DNA from: an uncultured Planctomycetales bacterium
GTDB taxonomy: Bacteria; Omnitrophota; Gorgyraeia; Zapsychrales; JAHFFX01
Assembly: GCA_964372915.1 (NCBI GenBank)
Contig: CAYJRN010000004.1
Span: 55,516 to 119,515 of the forward strand
Reading direction: 5' to 3'
Length of the DNA stretch: 64,000 nt
Part shown: piece after piece, positions 28,215-37,489 of the stretch
Layout of the letters: every line of letters begins with the position of its first letter
Numbering within the stretch: the first letter of the stretch is position 1
The notes under the pieces: generated by a model
Seen by the model: only the letters and a program-made list of their open reading frames with translations
The model's database searches: none
What the model was told of the DNA's origin: nothing
Made by a program: the position numbers and the translations under genes

Positions 28215-29248
28215 AAAAATATCGGAACATCTTGGTTGTCCGCACGGATCGCGTGGGCGATGTCATTCTGACAACGCCCGCCCTCGCGGCGTTGAGGGCG
28301 GGTTATCCGAAGGCGCGAATTTCCATTCTCATGGCGCCTTCCAATCTGGAGCTCGTAGAGGGAAATCCGAATTTAGATGAGGTGCTATTCGATGATCGTC
28401 AAGGAAAACATAGAGGGTTCATTGGTTTTCTAAAATTGGTGAGAGAAGTCAAGTCCAGGGCCTTTGATGCCGCGTTTATTTTTCACACCAAGAGAAGGAC
28501 GAATCTGCTTTGCTTCCTGGCGGGGATCCCGGAAACCATTGGTTATAAAAACGATAAGTTGGGTTTCTTGTTGACACGGGGGCTCATTGATACCCGGCCG
28601 CAGGGGTTAAAGCCTGAGGCGGAATATTGTCTGGATGTTTTAAGAGCGGTGGGAATTCCCATAAAAGACCCTCAACTCTTTCTTTATGTGAGCCCGGAGG
28701 CGGAACGTTGGGCCCGGAGATTTTTTTTAGAAAACGGTATCGATGATCAAGATAAGCTGGTGGCTATCCATCCGGGAGCCAGTTGCATTTCCAAAAGATG
28801 GATGCCCGAACGGTTCGCCGAAGTCGCCGACCAGTTGAGGGAAAGGCGCCCCTACAAAATTGTTTTCATCGGCTCCGCGGACAATCGAGAAATCATGCAA
28901 AATATCAAATCCGCCTTGAAAATCAAGGCGCTCGACGCGACGGGAATGACGACTTTGGCTCAACTGGCCGGCCTCTTGAAGCGTTGCGCGCTGTTGATCT
29001 CTAACGATTCCGGCCCCGTGCACATCGCCGCGGCTCTTAAGGTCCCGGTCATTTCCATCTTTGGCCGCAATCAGGCGGGTTTAAGCCCCTTACGCTGGGG
29101 GCCGCTCACCTCCAAGAGTGTCATCTTGCATAAAGAAGTGGGTTGTCCCGTGTGCCTGGCGCACAATTGTAATATTAACTTTAAGTGCTTGGAAGAAATC
29201 AAGACCCAGGAGGTTTTAGAAGCTGTTGACGCCCTTTTGAGACTATGA
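28211..29248 (+). CDS. Glycosyltransferase family 9 (LPS heptosyltransferase-like), paralogue 3
   Basis: ILVVRTDRVGDVILTTPALAALRAGYP…DSGPVHIAAALKVPVISIFG. Confidence 0.75.
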   Translation: MKKYRNILVVRTDRVGDVILTTPALAALRAGYPKARISILMAPSNLELVEGNPNLDEVLFDDRQGKHRGFIGFLKLVREVKSRAFDAAFIFHTKRRTNLLCFLAGIPETIGYKNDKLGFLLTRGLIDTRPQGLKPEAEYCLDVLRAVGIPIKDPQLFLYVSPEAERWARRFFLENGIDDQDKLVAIHPGASCISKRWMPERFAEVADQLRERRPYKIVFIGSADNREIMQNIKSALKIKALDATGMTTLAQLAGLLKRCALLISNDSGPVHIAAALKVPVISIFGRNQAGLSPLRWGPLTSKSVILHKEVGCPVCLAHNCNINFKCLEEIKTQEVLEAVDALLRL

Positions 29249-29297
29249 TAAAATCAACCCTTGTTTTGTTAACAAATTCTTACTGCCCAAAGGTTTT

Positions 29298-30323
29298 TTG
29301 ATGAGACATTATAACGAAATCATCGCCAATTTCCGCAAGAAAAGGATTTTGGTGATCGGGGACATCTTGCTGGATGAATATGTGTTTGGGAGTGTCTCCC
29401 GGGTTTCGCCGGAAGCGCCTGTCCCCATCGTGTTGCAGGAAGGGCAGCCCAGCTATACACCGGGAGGGTCTGCTAATGTCGCCAACAACCTGCAATCGTT
29501 AGGGGCCCGTGTGACGCTCATGGGAAAAGTCGGCGCCGACAAAGAAGGCGCGATTCTTCTTAAGGAGCTTAAGAAAAGAAAAATCAATACCACCGCTATC
29601 ATGGTCGATCGCAGGATTTCCACGCCCTTGAAAACTCGCATTGTGGCCCAGCACCAACAGGTTTTACGGCTCGACCGTGAAACAGTTTGCGATTTTTCCG
29701 ACGCGTCCTTAAAAGAAAAAGTCCGACGCTACTTTAAGTCATCCATCAAGAATTTTGATGCCGTGATTATTTCCGATTACGGCAAAGGGATGATTACCGC
29801 CGATCTTGTTTCGCAGGTCTGTTTGAGCGCCATCCAGGCGAAGAAAATCATTACCGTGGACCCTAAAGTCGAACACTTCACGTATTATCAAGGGGTGACC
29901 GCGATTACCCCCAACCGTAAAGAAACCGAGAACGCGATTCGTAACATCAAAATCACGCACAGCGCCGGTAAAAAGCTGGATGTCGAACACGATCGTCTGG
30001 AAACGGATGCCGACATTAAGCGGGCCGGCGAGGCAATCGTAAAATATTTGAAATTGAAAAGCCTTTTGATTACATTGGGCGAGCAGGGAATGGTCTTGTT
30101 TGAGGCGGGAAAGCCTCCGATTTATATCGATACTAAGGCCCAGGAAGTTTTTGATGTGACGGGCGCGGGCGACACGGTGATTTCGGTTTTTACTCTAGCG
30201 CTCACCGCCGGAGCGAGTCAGCGGCAGGCGGCGGATATGGCCAATTTCGCGGCCGGCATTGTCGTTGGAAAACGCGGAGCGGCGACCGTCACGCCTCAAG
30301 AACTTTTGGCGGCGATCCCATGA
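29298..30323 (+). CDS. hldE: D-glycero-beta-D-manno-heptose-7-phosphate kinase (RfaE/HldE domain I only, PfkB family)
   Basis: …ILVIGDILLDEYVFGSVSRVSPEAPVPIV…GGSANVANNL…DVTGAGDTV… PfkB ribokinase-like motifs; no adenylyltransferase domain II attached. Confidence 0.75.
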   Translation: MMRHYNEIIANFRKKRILVIGDILLDEYVFGSVSRVSPEAPVPIVLQEGQPSYTPGGSANVANNLQSLGARVTLMGKVGADKEGAILLKELKKRKINTTAIMVDRRISTPLKTRIVAQHQQVLRLDRETVCDFSDASLKEKVRRYFKSSIKNFDAVIISDYGKGMITADLVSQVCLSAIQAKKIITVDPKVEHFTYYQGVTAITPNRKETENAIRNIKITHSAGKKLDVEHDRLETDADIKRAGEAIVKYLKLKSLLITLGEQGMVLFEAGKPPIYIDTKAQEVFDVTGAGDTVISVFTLALTAGASQRQAADMANFAAGIVVGKRGAATVTPQELLAAIP

Positions 30324-31174
30324 GGACAAAAAGCCCCTCGATGATTTCAGCTCGTAATCCTTTAAAGACCAAGGCCACTGCCAAAACGCTGAAGGTCATC
30401 GGTGTCATCCCGGCCCGCTATGGTTCCACGCGTCTTGCGGCCAAGGTGCTGGCGGATCTAAACGGCAAACCGATGATCCAGCATGTGTACGAGCGCGCGG
30501 CCAAGAGTCAATATTTGGATGAACTTTTGATTGCCTGCGACCATGAACGCGTTTTGAACAAAGCTAAAGAGTTCGGCGCCCAAGCGGTTTTAACGTCGGT
30601 CCATCACGCCTCGGGCACGGAACGGATCGCGGAAGCGGTGAAATCCATCGACGCGGAAATCGTCATTAACATTCAGGGAGATGAGCCGCTCATTCATCAT
30701 TCGGTGATCGATGATTTGGCAAAAGCCCTTTTGGATGATTCCAATTGTCTTATGGCCACGGCCATCAAGCCCGTTGCCGTTGGGAGCAAGGAGTTGGACG
30801 ATCCCAACATCGTCAAGGTCGTCATTGACAAGAATCACAATGCTTTGTATTTTTCGAGGTCGTTGATTCCTTATGTACGTAAATCTAGCGAAGGTTTGAG
30901 GTACTTTAAACATTTGGGGATTTATGCCTACCGGAAAAAGTTCTTGATGGGCTTTAAGGATTTACCGAAATCGCGTTTGGAAGAAACGGAAAGTTTGGAA
31001 CAGTTGAGAGTTCTGGAAGCCGGATACAAAATTAAGACCGTTGAAACCAACATCGAGACGATCAGCGTCGATGTGGAGGAAGATATCAAGAAGGTCGAGG
31101 AGTATTTGAAAAAATCATCATCATCGGCCACAACTTACGGAGTCTCGCCGAAGGCGGACGAACGTAAGTTGTGA
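30320..31174 (+). CDS. kdsB: 3-deoxy-manno-octulosonate cytidylyltransferase (CMP-Kdo synthetase)
   Basis: VIGVIPARYGSTRLAAKVLADLNGKPMIQHVYERA; ~30 aa N-terminal extension; the 3' end overlaps the start of repeat E copy 1. Confidence 0.85.
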   Translation: MRTKSPSMISARNPLKTKATAKTLKVIGVIPARYGSTRLAAKVLADLNGKPMIQHVYERAAKSQYLDELLIACDHERVLNKAKEFGAQAVLTSVHHASGTERIAEAVKSIDAEIVINIQGDEPLIHHSVIDDLAKALLDDSNCLMATAIKPVAVGSKELDDPNIVKVVIDKNHNALYFSRSLIPYVRKSSEGLRYFKHLGIYAYRKKFLMGFKDLPKSRLEETESLEQLRVLEAGYKIKTVETNIETISVDVEEDIKKVEEYLKKSSSSATTYGVSPKADERKL

Positions 31175-31309
31175 GCCGAACTCGACCCAGCACTTATTTT
31201 GCGACACGGTGTTAAAGCCAAAATAAGTGCTGGGTTCAATTCCGTCACAGACTTACGTCGCTCCAAATGGGAGCTTCCGTAAGTCTGGACGTCATTGAAG
31301 GAACATTAA
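31150..31309 (+). repeat. Intergenic repeat element E, copy 1
   Basis: …gacgaacgtaagttg…cccagcacttattttg-cgacacggtgttaaag-ccaaaataagtgctggg (16-bp perfect stem) + GGTTCAATTCCG + cagacttacg…cgtaagtctg + gtcattgaagga + ATG of kdsA. Confidence 0.7.
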
Positions 31310-32131
31310 ATGTCACGGATTGTGAATGTCGGGAAAATCAAAATCGGAAACGGGACGCCGCTGGTTCTTATCGCGGGCCCGTGCGTGATTGAAAGTCGCG
31401 CCCTTGCCTTCAAGGTCGCTTCCGAAATTAAAAAGATCACCGCCGCTTTGAAGATTCCATTCATTTTTAAAGCGAGCTATGACAAAGCCAACCGGACATC
31501 CCTGGCGTCATTCCGCGGCCCCGGGATGTCCCAAGGCTTGGAAGTTCTAAGGGAAATCAAGGAACGACTGGGTGTTCCGGTATTGAGTGACGTGCATAGT
31601 TCTCAAGAAGTACAAGAGGCGGCGCAAGTGCTCGATGTGTTACAGATCCCGGCGTTTCTTTGCCGGCAAACGGATATTCTTATTGCGGCCGCTCAAAGCG
31701 GAAGAGTGGTAAATATTAAAAAGGGCCAGTTTCTAGCGCCAGGGGATATGCAACAGGTCGTTAAGAAAATCGAATCCGCCGGCAATCGCAACATTCTTTT
31801 GACCGAACGAGGGGCCAGTTTCGGTTATAACAATTTGGTCACGGATTTTCGCTCGCTTTCGATTATGCGCAAGACCGGTTATCCGGTTGTGTTCGACGCC
31901 TCTCACAGCGTTCAGCAGCCCGGCGGTTTGGGGAGCGTCTCCGGGGGAATGAGCGAGTTCATTCCGTTATTAAGTCGCTGCGCCGTGGCGGCCGGCTGCG
32001 ATGCTGTTTTCATGGAAGTTCATCCTAATCCTAAGAAAGCCTTGTCGGACGGGCCCAATATGCTCAGGCTTGACCAGCTGAGGAAACTGCTCGTTGATTT
32101 AAAAGCGATTGATGCAATTGTGACCTTGTGA
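31310..32131 (+). CDS. kdsA: 2-dehydro-3-deoxyphosphooctonate aldolase (Kdo8P synthase)
   Basis: MSRIVNVGKIKIGNGTPLVLIAGPCVIES… DAHP/KDO8P synthase family. Confidence 0.9.
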   Translation: MSRIVNVGKIKIGNGTPLVLIAGPCVIESRALAFKVASEIKKITAALKIPFIFKASYDKANRTSLASFRGPGMSQGLEVLREIKERLGVPVLSDVHSSQEVQEAAQVLDVLQIPAFLCRQTDILIAAAQSGRVVNIKKGQFLAPGDMQQVVKKIESAGNRNILLTERGASFGYNNLVTDFRSLSIMRKTGYPVVFDASHSVQQPGGLGSVSGGMSEFIPLLSRCAVAAGCDAVFMEVHPNPKKALSDGPNMLRLDQLRKLLVDLKAIDAIVTL

Positions 32132-32143
32132 TTTTTAAAAGCC

Positions 32144-33100
32144 ATGTCTCTTAAGCTTGCCAAAGATGTCATCAAAATCGAAGCCGCCGCGGTGAAAAAT
32201 CTCGCGCGTGCGGTTGACGGGAATTTTCTCAAGGCCGTTGAAATGATCGTCAAGTGCAAAGGCCGGGTGATCGTGACCGGCATGGGCAAGGCCGGCATCA
32301 TCGGCCATAAGATCGCCGCGACACTTTCTTCGACGGGAACGCCCAGCATTTGGATGCATAGCGCCGAGGCCGTGCACGGGGATATGGGTCAAGTCACGCG
32401 CAATGACATCTTAATTCTCTTGTCGAATAGCGGCGAGACCGATGAAACCAAAAGACTTTTACCTCTCATAAAAAAAATCGGTGCCAAGATCATTGCCATG
32501 ACGGGCAATACAAAATCAACTTTGGCCAAGCACAGCGATGTGGTGTTAAACGTATCGGTGAGAACAGAAGGCTGTCCTCTGGGGCTCTCCCCGATGGCCT
32601 CCACGACGGCAACGTTGGTTATGGGCGATTGCTTGGCAGCGTGTCTCATTGAGCGCAAAGGCTTTAAAAAAGAAAATTTCGCTTTTAATCATCCGGCGGG
32701 AATGTTGGGGAAGAAATTGCTCTTGAGAGTAGAAGACATTATGCGCACTGGTCCTACGTTGGCCAAAGTGAAAGAACAGATGCGCGTGAAAGACGTTTTG
32801 CTTTCCATTACCCGCGCCCGCTGCGGTTCGGCATGTGTCATTGATGCTAAAGGACGGTTGGTAGGGATTTTCACCGATGGGGATTTGCGCCGGCATCTGG
32901 AAACGGACTCGGATCTTTCGTTGCGGAAAGTCAAGGACGTGATGACGCGAAAACCCACGACCATTGAGAAAGACAAATTGGCGACCGAGGCCTTAAGGAT
33001 TTTGCAGGATAAGAAGATCGACGAACTGCCGGTTGTTTCCAAAGGAAAATTGGTGGGACTCTTGGATGTTCAGGATTTATTGAAAGCCGGACTGGTATGA
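32144..33100 (+). CDS. kdsD: Arabinose-5-phosphate isomerase (SIS + tandem CBS)
   Basis: SIS domain (…GRVIVTGMGKAGIIGHKIAATLSSTGTPS…) followed by a CBS pair. Confidence 0.85.
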   Translation: MSLKLAKDVIKIEAAAVKNLARAVDGNFLKAVEMIVKCKGRVIVTGMGKAGIIGHKIAATLSSTGTPSIWMHSAEAVHGDMGQVTRNDILILLSNSGETDETKRLLPLIKKIGAKIIAMTGNTKSTLAKHSDVVLNVSVRTEGCPLGLSPMASTTATLVMGDCLAACLIERKGFKKENFAFNHPAGMLGKKLLLRVEDIMRTGPTLAKVKEQMRVKDVLLSITRARCGSACVIDAKGRLVGIFTDGDLRRHLETDSDLSLRKVKDVMTRKPTTIEKDKLATEALRILQDKKIDELPVVSKGKLVGLLDVQDLLKAGLV

Positions 33101-33152
33101 AGTTCATAATTATTTGTAGTTGCCATCACGATTTTTAAAATAGGAGGTTAAA

Positions 33153-33338
33153 ATGATATCTCCCAAAAAACAAATTGCCAAGATCATCAAAGAACAGCCG
33201 GAGGACAGTTCTTATGAGGAAATTCTCCGCGAGCTGGCTTTTGGCCGGATGGTGGATCGCGGGTTGGCCGATTCTAAGGTGGGTCGAACCATCAGCAATG
33301 CGGAAATGAAGCAGAGGATCAGCAAGTGGCGGAAATAA
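33153..33338 (+). CDS. Putative type II antitoxin (ParD/RelB-like partner of the downstream ParE)
   Basis: 61 aa; overlaps the downstream RelE/ParE toxin gene by 13 nt in the classic antitoxin-toxin order. Confidence 0.5.
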   Translation: MISPKKQIAKIIKEQPEDSSYEEILRELAFGRMVDRGLADSKVGRTISNAEMKQRISKWRK

Positions 33339-33628
33339 GGTGGACCCACGAAGCGCACAAGTGGCTTAAGGACATTCACGATTACATCGCCGTTGATAAT
33401 CCGATGGCGGCACATAAAGTCATCGAAGATATATTTCAAAAGGTTCAAGTGTTGCGACGTTTGCCTGAAATTGGTTTCCGGTATGATCGGTATCCTGAAT
33501 TAAACATTCGAATTTTGTTATATGGGCATTACCGGATTGCCTATTGGATCAAGTCAGTCGATCAGATCGATATTTTGGGAGTATTTCACGGGGCACTGGA
33601 GATTGATAACTATCTCAAGATGAATTAG
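33326..33628 (+). CDS. parE: RelE/ParE-family type II toxin
   Basis: 100 aa; …ILGVFHGALEIDNY… C-terminal ParE/RelE signature; size and operon context fit. Confidence 0.7.
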   Translation: MAEIRWTHEAHKWLKDIHDYIAVDNPMAAHKVIEDIFQKVQVLRRLPEIGFRYDRYPELNIRILLYGHYRIAYWIKSVDQIDILGVFHGALEIDNYLKMN

Positions 33629-33629
33629 C

Positions 33630-34157
33630 ATGCAATCCATGAATATGAAAGAAAGACTTAAAAAGATTAAACTTTTAATCATGGACGTCGACGGTGTTTT
33701 GACTGACGGCAGGATCGTCGTTGATGAGCGCGGCCGAGAAACCAAGAATTTTGACGTGCAGGATGGGTTTGGCATCGTTGTCTTCCAGCGCGCCGGTTTT
33801 AAAACGGCGATCCTGAGCGCCGCCCGGGCCTCGGCGGTCGTCAAGTACCGCGCCCGCGACCTTGAGATCGACCAAGTGCATTTGAACGCGTATCCTAAGA
33901 TTGATGCCTACAAAAAGATTTTAAGAGCCCTTAAACTCAACGATGAGGACGCTTGCTTCATCGGTGATGATTTGCCGGACCTGGAAGTTTTATCGAAGGT
34001 CGGTTTCGCCGTGGCTGTCCCTTACGCGAGGGCGGAAGTCAAAAAAGTCGCCGACTATATCACTAAGAAACAGGGCGGTAACGGCGCGGTCCGGGAAGTG
34101 ATTGAGCTCATTATGAAGACCCAAAACCTGTGGCCGAACCCTTCAGGGAAAAGGTGA
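33630..34157 (+). CDS. kdsC: 3-deoxy-D-manno-octulosonate 8-phosphate phosphatase (HAD family)
   Basis: LLIMDVDGVLTDGRIVV…GDDLPDL… HAD motifs I and IV; kdsD-kdsC-lpt context. Confidence 0.85.
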   Translation: MQSMNMKERLKKIKLLIMDVDGVLTDGRIVVDERGRETKNFDVQDGFGIVVFQRAGFKTAILSAARASAVVKYRARDLEIDQVHLNAYPKIDAYKKILRALKLNDEDACFIGDDLPDLEVLSKVGFAVAVPYARAEVKKVADYITKKQGGNGAVREVIELIMKTQNLWPNPSGKR

Positions 34158-34987
34158 CGATCGTGTTGAACCGAGTGTTTTTCATTATGCTTGTTTTTTT
34201 TAGCGGTGTTGTCTTTTTACACGCTGAAGACAGTCCGCAGCAATTCCAGGGATTCACCCTCGATGGGTATACGGATGGGGGGCACAAGGCCTGGGACGTG
34301 AAAGGCGATACCGCCGATGTCAGCGGTAATACCATCGAACTCACCAACCCCGATGCGAATTCCTATGGGAAGGATAATGTCAATATCAAGGCGAAAACCG
34401 GATCCATCGATAAAGAAAGCGGCCAGATGCATTTAGAGAAGGATGTGGTCATCACCACTCAAAGCGGAGCCAGGATGACGACGAATTCCCTTGATTGGGA
34501 ACGCGAAAAAGATTTGGTCACTACCAACGATAGAGTGAAGATCACGCGCGACGATATTATCGCCGAGGCGATGGGCGCGATAGCCCATCCCAATCTGCAG
34601 ACGGGCCAGATGAACAAGGACGTCACTGTTGAGCTGAGACCCAAACCCGATAAGGACGGAAATCCACAGTTGCCCGTGACCATCACTTGCGACGGGCCGC
34701 TGGAGATCGATCAATTGAAACAACAGGCGACCTTTAACAAGAACGTGGTCGCGGTCCAGGAAGGCCGGGAACTCAAGGCAGACAAAGTTGAGGTCTTCTT
34801 CGATCAGACCACCAAGCAGATTAAACAGATGATCTGCACCGGCCACGTCGCAATCACGCAGGGCGGCAACACGACTTATTCCGAATCCGCCGTCTACACC
34901 GCAGGAGACCAGAAGATGATTTTGTCGGGAAGACCGAAGCTCATTTTACAGACGCAAGGAGGCCAATTTGCATCTCCTGGAAACTAA
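34130..34987 (+). CDS. LPS transport periplasmic protein, LptC/LptA (OstA-like) family
   Basis: N-terminal hydrophobic anchor/signal, then an OstA-like beta-jellyroll region; located between kdsC and lptB as in kdsD-kdsC-lptC-lptA-lptB operons; start uncertain (GTG 34154 or 34163 likely). Confidence 0.6.
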   Translation: MAEPFREKVTIVLNRVFFIMLVFFSGVVFLHAEDSPQQFQGFTLDGYTDGGHKAWDVKGDTADVSGNTIELTNPDANSYGKDNVNIKAKTGSIDKESGQMHLEKDVVITTQSGARMTTNSLDWEREKDLVTTNDRVKITRDDIIAEAMGAIAHPNLQTGQMNKDVTVELRPKPDKDGNPQLPVTITCDGPLEIDQLKQQATFNKNVVAVQEGRELKADKVEVFFDQTTKQIKQMICTGHVAITQGGNTTYSESAVYTAGDQKMILSGRPKLILQTQGGQFASPGN

Positions 34988-35690
34988 AGGACTCGTTAAG
35001 ACCTACGGCGGCCGCCGGGTTGTCGACGGCTTAAGTATCTCGGTGGGTCGTTCCGAAATTGTGGGACTCTTGGGGCCCAATGGCGCCGGTAAGACGACGA
35101 CTTTTTATATGGCCGTGGGGATTGTGAAGCCCGAGGAAGGAAATATATTTTTTGATGAGGAAGATATCACCAAGAAACCCATCCATGAACGTTGCCGTCT
35201 GGGCATGGGATATCTCGCGCAGGAACCATCAATCTTCCGAAAATTGACCGTTGAGGAAAACATCCTGGCGATCCTGGAGACTTTGAACATCTCTCCGCGC
35301 GAACGCCAGTACCGCCTGCGCTCCCTTTTGGACGAATTGAACATTGCGCATCTGGCTAAGGCCAAGGCCTACACGCTTTCCGGCGGGGAACGAAGACGTC
35401 TTGAAATTACGCGGGCGTTAGTGACCAATCCGTCATTTTTGCTGTTGGACGAACCGTTTTCGGGGATTGATCCGATCGTCGTGGCCGAGGCGCAGGAAAT
35501 CATCAGAGACTTAAAAGGCCGGGGCTTGGGAATTCTTCTCACGGATCATAACGTTCGCGAGACGCTTTCGATCACCGACCGGGCGTATTTGATCGCCGAG
35601 GGCCGCGTTCTCATCTCCGGCTCGGCGCAGGATCTTATCAATGATCCAAAGGCCAGGAAGATTTATTTGGGGGAGAAGTTTACGATGTGA
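34968..35690 (+). CDS. lptB: LPS export ABC transporter ATP-binding protein
   Basis: GLLGPNGAGKTTTF Walker A, LSGGERRRLEI signature, LLLDEPFSGIDP Walker B. Confidence 0.88.
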   Translation: MHLLETKGLVKTYGGRRVVDGLSISVGRSEIVGLLGPNGAGKTTTFYMAVGIVKPEEGNIFFDEEDITKKPIHERCRLGMGYLAQEPSIFRKLTVEENILAILETLNISPRERQYRLRSLLDELNIAHLAKAKAYTLSGGERRRLEITRALVTNPSFLLLDEPFSGIDPIVVAEAQEIIRDLKGRGLGILLTDHNVRETLSITDRAYLIAEGRVLISGSAQDLINDPKARKIYLGEKFTM

Positions 35691-35878
35691 GTTGAGCGCA
35701 CAACTTGCGGAGCGTTTTAGGCGACGTAAGTTGACAGCGCGAAACTCACCCAGCACTTATTTTGCGATACCAGATTTAAGCCAAAATAGGTGCTGGGTAA
35801 ATTCGCACTTATAAGTTACGTCGTCCGCCAAAGGCGGACTCCGTAACTTATGTGCTCATTTAAGGAGTTAACAGCAAC
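35691..35878 (+). repeat. Intergenic repeat element E, copy 2
   Basis: …ggcgacgtaagttgacagcgcgaaactcacccagcacttattttgcgatacc…ccaaaataggtgctggg + gcacttataagttacg…cgtaacttatgtgc hairpin with inner gtccgcc/ggcggac + tcatttaaggag + ATG of tig. Confidence 0.7.
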
Positions 35879-36793
35879 ATGAAACTGGAAGTCAAGAAAG
35901 TCGACGCGACAAAAAGAGAATTAAAATTTGAGATCCCCAAAGACAGGGTTTCACAAAAGCTGGAAGAAGTTTACGTCGAAATCGCCAAGGTTGCCAAGGT
36001 CAGGGGTTTCCGTCCCGGGAAGGCCCCGCGCAATGTCATTGAGGGGGAACACAGCCGTCTGGCGCAGGAAGAGATGCTCAAAAAAATCATCCCCGAGGTT
36101 TATCAGGAGGGAATCGATAAAGAAAAGATCGTGCCCATGGACATGCCGGATATTCACGACGTGTCCTACAAGGACGGCAAGGTTACCTTTAACGCGACTT
36201 TGGATATCCGGCCTGAGGTCAAGGTCAAGAATTACAAAGGCGTTCAGCTCAAGAGAAAGACCTCTCAGGTGACCGAGGAAGAAATCAACAAGACCCTTGA
36301 ATTTTTTAAAAGAGGCCAGGGCGAGAAGGAAGTCAATATCGACGATCAGTTCGCGCGCGGACTCGGCTATCCAAACTTGGAGGATTTTAAGAATTTTTTA
36401 AAACGCCAGATGGAAATGGACAAGGATCGCCAAAACCGGATGGATGTCGAGAATCAGATTCTTGAGGCGCTTTTAAAAGAATCGTCGCTGGTCGTTCCCG
36501 CGTCGGTCGTCCAAAGACAGCTGGAGCATCTTGTTGGGGAAAACATCCGGCACTTAAAGTCTCGTCCCGCCGTTGGCGGAGCAGGCCGAATGCCGGAAGA
36601 GGAGATTAAAAAGAAAGAAGACGAGCTGCGCAAGGAACTAAAGTCTGTGGCGGAAAGAGATGTGAAAATTTTTCTCATCATGGAGAAGATTGCCGAGCTT
36701 GAGAACATTTCTGTGGGGCCCAACGAAAACATGCCTCATAAGGTTTTGGAATTTTTAATGAAAAACGCTAATTGGGAGGAAACGAAATCATGA
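35879..36793 (+). CDS. tig: Trigger factor, short form lacking the central PPIase domain
   Basis: N-terminal ribosome-binding domain with the GFRPGKAP signature, joined directly to the C-terminal chaperone arm (…[21 protein letters not shown]…); 304 aa versus ~430 aa typical. Confidence 0.75.
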   Translation: MKLEVKKVDATKRELKFEIPKDRVSQKLEEVYVEIAKVAKVRGFRPGKAPRNVIEGEHSRLAQEEMLKKIIPEVYQEGIDKEKIVPMDMPDIHDVSYKDGKVTFNATLDIRPEVKVKNYKGVQLKRKTSQVTEEEINKTLEFFKRGQGEKEVNIDDQFARGLGYPNLEDFKNFLKRQMEMDKDRQNRMDVENQILEALLKESSLVVPASVVQRQLEHLVGENIRHLKSRPAVGGAGRMPEEEIKKKEDELRKELKSVAERDVKIFLIMEKIAELENISVGPNENMPHKVLEFLMKNANWEETKS

Positions 36794-37398
36794 GCGAAAA
36801 GAATCAAGTTCTGGTTCCTATGGTCATCGAGAAAACCGGTCACGCCGAAAGGGCCTATGATATTTATTCGCGGCTTCTTAAGGATAGAATTATCTTCATC
36901 GGGACGGGGATTGACGATACCGTCGCGAACCTTGTGATCGCGCAAATGCTGTTCTTACAGCTGGAGGATTCCGGCAAAGACATTCATTTGTACATCAATT
37001 CCCCCGGGGGGTCAGTGACGGCGGGCCTGGCGATTTACGACACCATGCAATTCGTCAAACCCGATGTCTGCACGTATTGCGTTGGGCAGGCAGCCAGCAT
37101 GGGGGCGGTTCTGCTTACGGCCGGGACCAAGGGAAAACGTTATGCCCTTCCTTTTTCACGGATGATGATCCACCAGCCGTGGGGCGGGATGCAGGGGACG
37201 GCCAGCGACATTTCAATCCATGCCAAAGAAATCCTGCGCGTGAGGGAAGAATTGAACCAGATCCTTTCCAAACATACCGGCCAAAATCTTCAAAGGATCC
37301 AAACTGATACCGACCGGGATTTTTTTATGAATTCCAAAGAGTCCAAGGATTATGGATTGGTGGATGAAGTCATTGTCAGTTTAAAGAAAGATAAGTGA
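36790..37398 (+). CDS. clpP: ATP-dependent Clp protease proteolytic subunit
   Basis: …[24 protein letters not shown]…[19 protein letters not shown]…AASMGAVLL…MIHQPWGG… Ser-His-Asp triad context. Confidence 0.9.
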   Translation: MSEKNQVLVPMVIEKTGHAERAYDIYSRLLKDRIIFIGTGIDDTVANLVIAQMLFLQLEDSGKDIHLYINSPGGSVTAGLAIYDTMQFVKPDVCTYCVGQAASMGAVLLTAGTKGKRYALPFSRMMIHQPWGGMQGTASDISIHAKEILRVREELNQILSKHTGQNLQRIQTDTDRDFFMNSKESKDYGLVDEVIVSLKKDK

Positions 37399-37424
37399 GG
37401 GGTCGGGGAATTCCCCGACCCCTC
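37397..37424 (+). terminator. Perfect palindromic hairpin overlapping the clpP stop (no T-run)
   Basis: gagggg-tcgggg-aatt-ccccga-cccctc; followed by a GC-rich segment with partial similarity to repeat A/B (…cctgagcgg…gtcgaagga…). Confidence 0.4.
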
Positions 37425-37489
37425 ATCCTGAGCGGAGCCCCGAGGCTACGCCGAGGGGCGGAGTCGAAGGATCAGAAAGGATTGAATGT

